This document shows positions 15,943-20,939 of a stretch of DNA of 20,939 nt, in pieces. Origin of the DNA: Myxococcales bacterium (GTDB lineage: Bacteria > Myxococcota_A > UBA9042). A program made the translations under genes and the position numbers. Under the pieces are notes generated by a model. That model was not told the DNA's origin, did no database searches, and saw only the letters and a program-made list of their open reading frames with translations. Position 1 is the stretch's first letter; each line of letters starts with the position of its first letter. Location of the stretch: positions 1 through 20,939 of the forward strand of contig JBBISH010000112.1 of assembly GCA_037441385.1 (NCBI GenBank), written 5' to 3'.

Positions 15943-17120
15943 TGACGCCGGATCGCCCTGAGCCAACCCCGTCGCGCCTGCGCTTTGACCGCCACGAACT
16001 GGCGGGCGCCTTTGGGGATATCGGCACGGACCTGCCGCTGCTGATGGCGCTGATCGCGACGTGCGGCTTGGATGCCGCCAGCGTGTCGATTGCCTTTGGC
16101 GCCCTGCAGATCGCCACTGGGGTGGTGTACGGCTTGCCGATGCCCGTGCAACCGCTCAAGGCGATGGCGGCCATCATGTTGGCGCAGCGTCTGTCGGCCG
16201 GTACGCTGGCGGGCGGCGGCCTGGTCATCGGCGTCACGATGCTCGTGCTGGCGGTCACCGGTACGCTGGATTGGCTGGCGCGGGCGGTGCCCAAGGCGGT
16301 GGTGCGCGGCATGCAGTTGGGCCTGGGCATCACGCTGGCGACGTTGGCCCTGAAGCAATACGCGGGATCAGACGGCGGTGTGGGTTATGCCGTGGCCGGG
16401 TTGGCCACGGTGGTTCTGCTGTTGTTCCGCCGGCAAAAGCGCGTGCCAGCGCCGCTGCTGGTGATGGGGCTGGGCGCACTGTATGCCGTTGCCGTCAAGC
16501 TGGATTGGGCGGCCTTTGGCGGAGCGCACCTGCAGTTGCACCTGCCGACCCTGCACGTGCCCAGCCGCGAAGAACTGGTCCAAGGCGCGCTGTTGCTGGC
16601 GCTGCCGCAAATCCCTCTGTCGCTGGGCAATTCGGTGATCGCCACCAGCCAGACGTCGTACGACCTGTTCCCGGACCGCGGCGTGCCGGTGCGCAAGATC
16701 GGTCTGACCTACGGGCTGCTCAACGTGATTGCCCCGTGGTTCGGCGGCGTTCCGGTGTGTCACGGCTGCGGCGGGCTGGTGGGGTTCTACGGCTTTGGCG
16801 CCCGAACGGGTGGCGCGGCGGTGCTCTACGGCAGCATGTATCTGGTCTTGGGCCTGCTGCTGGCACCGTGGTTCTCGATCCTGACGCAGGCGTTCCCGAT
16901 GCCGGTGCTGGGGGTGGTGCTGCTGTTCGAGGCGGTGGCGCTGATGACCCTGGTCCGCGACGTGGCCAACCATCCGACCGGCCTATGGATTGCCCTGCTG
17001 GTCGCCGCGGCGGTGGTGGGCCTGCCCTACGGCTACGTAGTGGGTATGGTCGGCGGGTCGGCGGTGGCTTTTGCGGCCCAGCGGGGTTGGATTGGCGTGC
17101 CGGCGCTTGAGCACCGATGA
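15942..17120 (+). CDS. putative molybdate/sulfate transporter (MOT1 family)
   Basis: Motifs ELAGAFGDIGT.LP, YGLPMPVQPLKA, PKAVVRGMQLGLG, Q.PLSLGNSVIAT and PVCHGCGGL...Y.FGARTG. GTG start overlaps the upstream TAG. Confidence 0.9.
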   Translation: MTPDRPEPTPSRLRFDRHELAGAFGDIGTDLPLLMALIATCGLDAASVSIAFGALQIATGVVYGLPMPVQPLKAMAAIMLAQRLSAGTLAGGGLVIGVTMLVLAVTGTLDWLARAVPKAVVRGMQLGLGITLATLALKQYAGSDGGVGYAVAGLATVVLLLFRRQKRVPAPLLVMGLGALYAVAVKLDWAAFGGAHLQLHLPTLHVPSREELVQGALLLALPQIPLSLGNSVIATSQTSYDLFPDRGVPVRKIGLTYGLLNVIAPWFGGVPVCHGCGGLVGFYGFGARTGGAAVLYGSMYLVLGLLLAPWFSILTQAFPMPVLGVVLLFEAVALMTLVRDVANHPTGLWIALLVAAAVVGLPYGYVVGMVGGSAVAFAAQRGWIGVPALEHR

Positions 17121-17222
17121 GCCACGCGAGCACGCAATGGAGCTCGCTAAGTTCAGGCTAGATTTCCGATTTCAGCTCGGGGCAATGCGCGGGATGCCTA
17201 GCCGAAGAGAACGGAAGCGGCA

Positions 17223-17852
17223 TCAAGGAGCGCTGGCCCCGACCAGGCCCTGCACAATCCGCGCGCGCATGGTGTCGCGGGCGGTGCGGAAGCGCGCCAA
17301 GAGCTCGTCGCGGCTCAGGTTGGGATCGCGGCTGGCCGGGTCGGGAACAGAGTAGGCGTAAGCCGAAAAGAAGATCACCTGAAACAACGAGTTGAAGGCC
17401 ACGAGCCCGGCGCAGTACTCGCAGTCGCCTTGGGCCAGGTCGTTCCACACAATCACCATGGCGATGCAGCGCGCCAAGCCGATCAGGATGAGGCCGACCA
17501 TGTATTCGGGCTGGTCGCGCAAGAACAGCACCGCCAGACCGAACATGAGGACGGGGCCGATGACCCAGTTCTGCAGCAGCGACAGCCCCAAAAGGCGCTT
17601 GTTGGCAAAGGCTTTGCCCATCTCCTCGTAGCGGACCTTGGCGAGCGGCGGGTGCATCATCGCCACCAAGCCCACGGCAATCGGGATCGAGGTGGTGCCT
17701 ACGCTCAGGCTTTGGAGCGATCGCGTCACCCCAGGAACCTGCAGCCCCAAGAAGATGCCAAGCGCCATTGCCGCAAAGATCCACAGGGTCAAGTAGCGAT
17801 CCAAGAAGCTCAATTGCCTGAGCAACGTGGGGGAGGAGGCGGAAGAGGGCAG
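17223..17852 (-). pseudogene. acr3: truncated ACR3 arsenite efflux transporter fused in frame to an ArsC (LMW-PTP type)-like C-terminal tail
   Basis: Acr3 motifs [46 protein letters not shown] and LVAFNSLFQ stop after about 165 aa, then [18 protein letters not shown] follows. No in-frame ATG (CTG at 17852). Confidence 0.8.
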
Positions 17853-17879
17853 GCGACACCGCGAGCGCCATCGGCGACT

Positions 17880-17920
17880 TATCGTATTTTTACGATAGGC
17901 CTGAGCGAAGACGCTGTCAA
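17880..17920 (-). promoter_or_regulatory. sigma70 promoter with overlapping palindromic operator (ArsR/SmtB-type)
   Basis: TTGACA (17920-17915), 17 bp, TATCGT (17897-17892). Inverted repeat TATCGTA-AAAA-TACGATA at 17880-17897. Confidence 0.75.
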
Positions 17921-18036
17921 GCCGCGGTCCGTGCCGTTCGCACATGACGCCGCGCAAGAGAATCGCTATCCTGGCCGCTGTGCACGACACCCAAGCGCAT
18001 TGGCCCAGCGCGCCCGCGCGATGTCCAAGGAGACCC

Positions 18037-20939
18037 ATGCACTCCCCCACCCTTCGAGTCCGCTGGACGGCGCTTGTGGCAAGCCTAGTTCTTGGCGCTT
18101 GTGGCAGCGACCCGGCCAGCCAGCCCAACGGCGACGTGACGGCCGGCGTCGACGCGGCCGACAGCGCCACCAGCGACACCGCGGCAGCCGACGCGGCCGA
18201 TGACGCGGCAGTCCCAGACACACAACCCCAGGACACGGCCCAAGATAGCGGCCCCGAGGTGGCCGACGACGCAGGAGCGGTGGCCGGCACAGATGCCGAC
18301 GCAGATGCCGACATAGATGCCGACACAGATGCCGACACAGATGCCGACACAGTAGCCGACGCAAGTGCCGACGCAAGTGCCGACGGCGGCGCCGATGTGC
18401 CCGTGGGTTGCGGCAGCGACAGCGACTGCCCTCCGGCCGGCGCCTGCTTGGTCGCCACCTGCGGTCCCGCCGGCAAATGCCTTTCGCTCCCCGCCAACGA
18501 GGGAGGCGGGTGCGACGACGGCAACGCCTGTACGACCAAGGATGTGTGTGCCTCTGGCGTGTGCAGCGGCGCCGGCAGCCTGGCGTGCGACGATCAAAAC
18601 GCTTGCACCGTGGATAGTTGCAACCCCATCTCGGGCTGCATCAACCTGGCCGCCGCCGCCAGCAGCGCCTGCGACGACGGCGACCCGTGCACGGCCGGCG
18701 ATCTTTGCCAAGCCGGCAAGTGCCAGCCCGGGACCCTGATTTGCCAGTGCCAGAACAGCGCAGACTGCGGCAAGTTCGAGGACGGCAACCAGTGCAACGG
18801 CACGCTGTACTGCGACAAATCGGCCGGCGCGCCCTACACCTGCAAGCTGAACCCGGCCAGCGTGGTGGTGTGCAACAGCAGCCAGGATTCGCCTTGCCAG
18901 AAGAACACTTGCGTGCCCGCTACGGGCGAGTGCAAGCTCGTCGTCGCCCCCGGCAACACCCCCTGCGACGACGGCGACAGCTGCACGCTGGGCGATTTCT
19001 GCGAGCAAGGCCTGTGCCAGGGCGGCAGCAACACCTGCTACTGCAAAAAGGACACGGATTGCGCGCCGTTCGAGGACGGCAACCTGTGCAACGGCGTGCT
19101 GTTCTGCAACAAGGCCACCAGCCAGTGCCAGGTCAACCCCGTCAGCATGGTCAACTGCCAGACCGTGGACGACACGTTCTGCCAGCAGAACCTGTGCAAC
19201 CCCAAAGACGGCAAGTGCTATTTGATGCCCGTCCACCAAGGAAAGGGCTGCGACGATGGCAACGCCTGCACCCCGAACGAAACTTGCCAAGACGGCACCT
19301 GCAGCACGTCGACCAACACTTGCGAGTGCCAAAACGACGCCGACTGCCTGAAAAAAGATGACGGCAACCTGTGCAACGGCACGCTGTACTGCGATGTGGC
19401 CAGCAATCACTGCAAGGTGAACCCCGCGAGCGTGGTCGTTTGCGACACCACCGCCGATCCCGTTTGCCAGCAGACCACTTGCGACCCCAAGACCGGCCAG
19501 TGCGCCCCCAGCAACCTGCCCAAAGACGGCACAGCGTGCGACGACGGCAACCCGTGCACGCCCAGTTCGTTCTGCAAAGCGGGCAGTTGCCAGGCCCAGT
19601 CCAACCTGTGCGAGTGCCAAAAGGACAGCGACTGCGCGCCCAAGGAAGACGGCGACTTGTGCAACGGCACCCTGTACTGCGACCAAGACAGCCATGTCTG
19701 CCTGGTCAACCCGGCCAGCGTGGTCAGCTGCACGAGCGCTTTTGACGAGCCGTGCCTGACCAACCAATGCAACAAGAAGTCAGGCACTTGCGGGATGCAA
19801 CCGGCGCATCAGGGCAACCAGTGCGACGACGGCAGCTCGTGCAGCGGGGGCGGCTGGTGCAGCTACGGCGGCTGCCAGGTGACGGTCAAACAGGCCTGCG
19901 AGTGCGTGCAGGACAGCGACTGCAAAGCCTTGGAAGACGGCGACTTGTGCAATGGAACGCTGTACTGCGACAAGTCGGGGTCGGGCAAACCGGCCTGCAA
20001 GCTGAACCCCGCGACGGTGGTGACGTGCCCCAGCGTGGACGACACGGCGTGCAGCAAGAACCAGTGCCATCCCAAGACCGGCCTGTGCGAGCCCACGGCC
20101 GTGCCGGGCAGCTGCGACGACGGCAAAGCCTGCACGACCCAGGACACGTGCGACCAAGGGAGCTGCGCGGGCGTAACCAAGGACTGCGCCGACGGCAACG
20201 CCTGCACCGTCGATCTGTGCAAAGAACCGCAGGGCTGCATCCACCCCCTGCAACCCGCGAGCACGTGTGACGACAACAACCCTTGCACTACAGATGGTTG
20301 CGACCCTGCCGTCGGCTGCAGCCACGGCTACACGACCGCGGCCTGCGACGACGGCGACCTGTGCACCGACACCGACCAATGCAAGGGCGGCAAGTGCCAG
20401 GGCAGCCCCATCGACTGCAGCGACGGCAACCCGTGCAGCGACGACGTCTGCGACGCCGCGGTCGGCTGCAGCCACCCGCCCAACAGTGCCAGCTGCGACG
20501 ACGGCAACGCGTGCACCAGCGGCGACCAGTGTCAGGGCGGCGGCTGCCAGGGAAGCGCTCAGAACTGCGGCGACAACAATCCTTGCACTACGGATAGTTG
20601 CAGCGCCAAGACCGGCTGCAGCAACGTGGCGAACACCGCCAAGTGCGACGATGGCAGCGCCTGCACCAGCGGCGACGTGTGTGGGGGCGGTGTCTGCGGC
20701 GGCGCAGCCATCGACTGCGACGACGGCAACGTGTGCACGGACGACAGCTGCGACCCCAAGTCCGGCTGCGCCCACGCCGCCAACGCGGTCGCCTGCAGCG
20801 ACGGCAACGCCTGCACCAGCAAGGACACGTGCAACAACAGCAAGTGCGTGGGCACCGCCGCCGTGTGCAACGACGGGAACCCGTGCACCGACGACGGCTG
20901 CGACCCCAAGACTGGCTGCAGCGCCGCGGCCAACAGCGC
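18037..20939 (+). CDS. giant Cys-rich repeat lipoprotein (partial, runs off the window)
   Basis: AAGGAG RBS and ATG 18037 giving [22 protein letters not shown]. Asp/Ala linker, then many CDDGNxCTxDxC repeats. The frame appears open to the window end, so it is absent from the ORF track. Confidence 0.9.
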   Translation, partial: MHSPTLRVRWTALVASLVLGACGSDPASQPNGDVTAGVDAADSATSDTAAADAADDAAVPDTQPQDTAQDSGPEVADDAGAVAGTDADADADIDADTDADTDADTVADASADASADGGADVPVGCGSDSDCPPAGACLVATCGPAGKCLSLPANEGGGCDDGNACTTKDVCASGVCSGAGSLACDDQNACTVDSCNPISGCINLAAAASSACDDGDPCTAGDLCQAGKCQPGTLICQCQNSADCGKFEDGNQCNGTLYCDKSAGAPYTCKLNPASVVVCNSSQDSPCQKNTCVPATGECKLVVAPGNTPCDDGDSCTLGDFCEQGLCQGGSNTCYCKKDTDCAPFEDGNLCNGVLFCNKATSQCQVNPVSMVNCQTVDDTFCQQNLCNPKDGKCYLMPVHQGKGCDDGNACTPNETCQDGTCSTSTNTCECQNDADCLKKDDGNLCNGTLYCDVASNHCKVNPASVVVCDTTADPVCQQTTCDPKTGQCAPSNLPKDGTACDDGNPCTPSSFCKAGSCQAQSNLCECQKDSDCAPKEDGDLCNGTLYCDQDSHVCLVNPASVVSCTSAFDEPCLTNQCNKKSGTCGMQPAHQGNQCDDGSSCSGGGWCSYGGCQVTVKQACECVQDSDCKALEDGDLCNGTLYCDKSGSGKPACKLNPATVVTCPSVDDTACSKNQCHPKTGLCEPTAVPGSCDDGKACTTQDTCDQGSCAGVTKDCADGNACTVDLCKEPQGCIHPLQPASTCDDNNPCTTDGCDPAVGCSHGYTTAACDDGDLCTDTDQCKGGKCQGSPIDCSDGNPCSDDVCDAAVGCSHPPNSASCDDGNACTSGDQCQGGGCQGSAQNCGDNNPCTTDSCSAKTGCSNVANTAKCDDGSACTSGDVCGGGVCGGAAIDCDDGNVCTDDSCDPKSGCAHAANAVACSDGNACTSKDTCNNSKCVGTAAVCNDGNPCTDDGCDPKTGCSAAANS
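18289..18384 (+). repeat. 8 x 12-bp intragenic tandem repeat (xDAD/ASAD)
   Basis: ACAGATGCCGAC-like units encoding [32 protein letters not shown]. Confidence 0.9.

Noticed and set aside
17853..18539. Long N-terminal extension of the Acr3 ORF
   Set aside because: It crosses the promoter/operator and is antisense to the giant lipoprotein gene.
18085..20933. Minus-strand and alternative-frame ORFs over the 3' end
   Set aside because: Shadow frames of the Cys-rich plus-strand gene.

Overview
GC-rich (about 68-70% by eye) bacterial window. Its many Cys-rich lipoproteins suggest Myxococcota or another deltaproteobacterium (inference). Coding content: three Cys-rich lipoproteins (one giant repeat protein runs off the 3' end and is missed by the ORF track), an MNT-HEPN (MntA/HepT-like) toxin-antitoxin pair bracketed by a 186-bp direct repeat, a methyltransferase, an orphan T4 gp19/eCIS-type tail-tube gene, a two-gene envelope redox module, a Uma2 nuclease, an alpha/beta hydrolase plus crotonase, a secreted multidomain amidohydrolase, a MOT1-type molybdate/sulfate transporter and a collapsed ars operon (acr3::arsC in-frame chimera with an intact promoter and operator). 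Top finding: the ORF track splits one gene at an in-frame TGA (10062-10064, minus strand). Read through, it gives signal peptide + CxxU + outer-membrane beta-barrel + thioredoxin (WCAPC), with a SECIS-like hairpin 11 nt after the UGA, i.e. a candidate unusual selenoprotein. Second: two diverged copies of a ~170-nt structured intergenic element (one ending in an intrinsic terminator) that resemble an IS110 non-coding end/bridge RNA but have no transposase nearby. Family calls come from motif recognition, not database searches.
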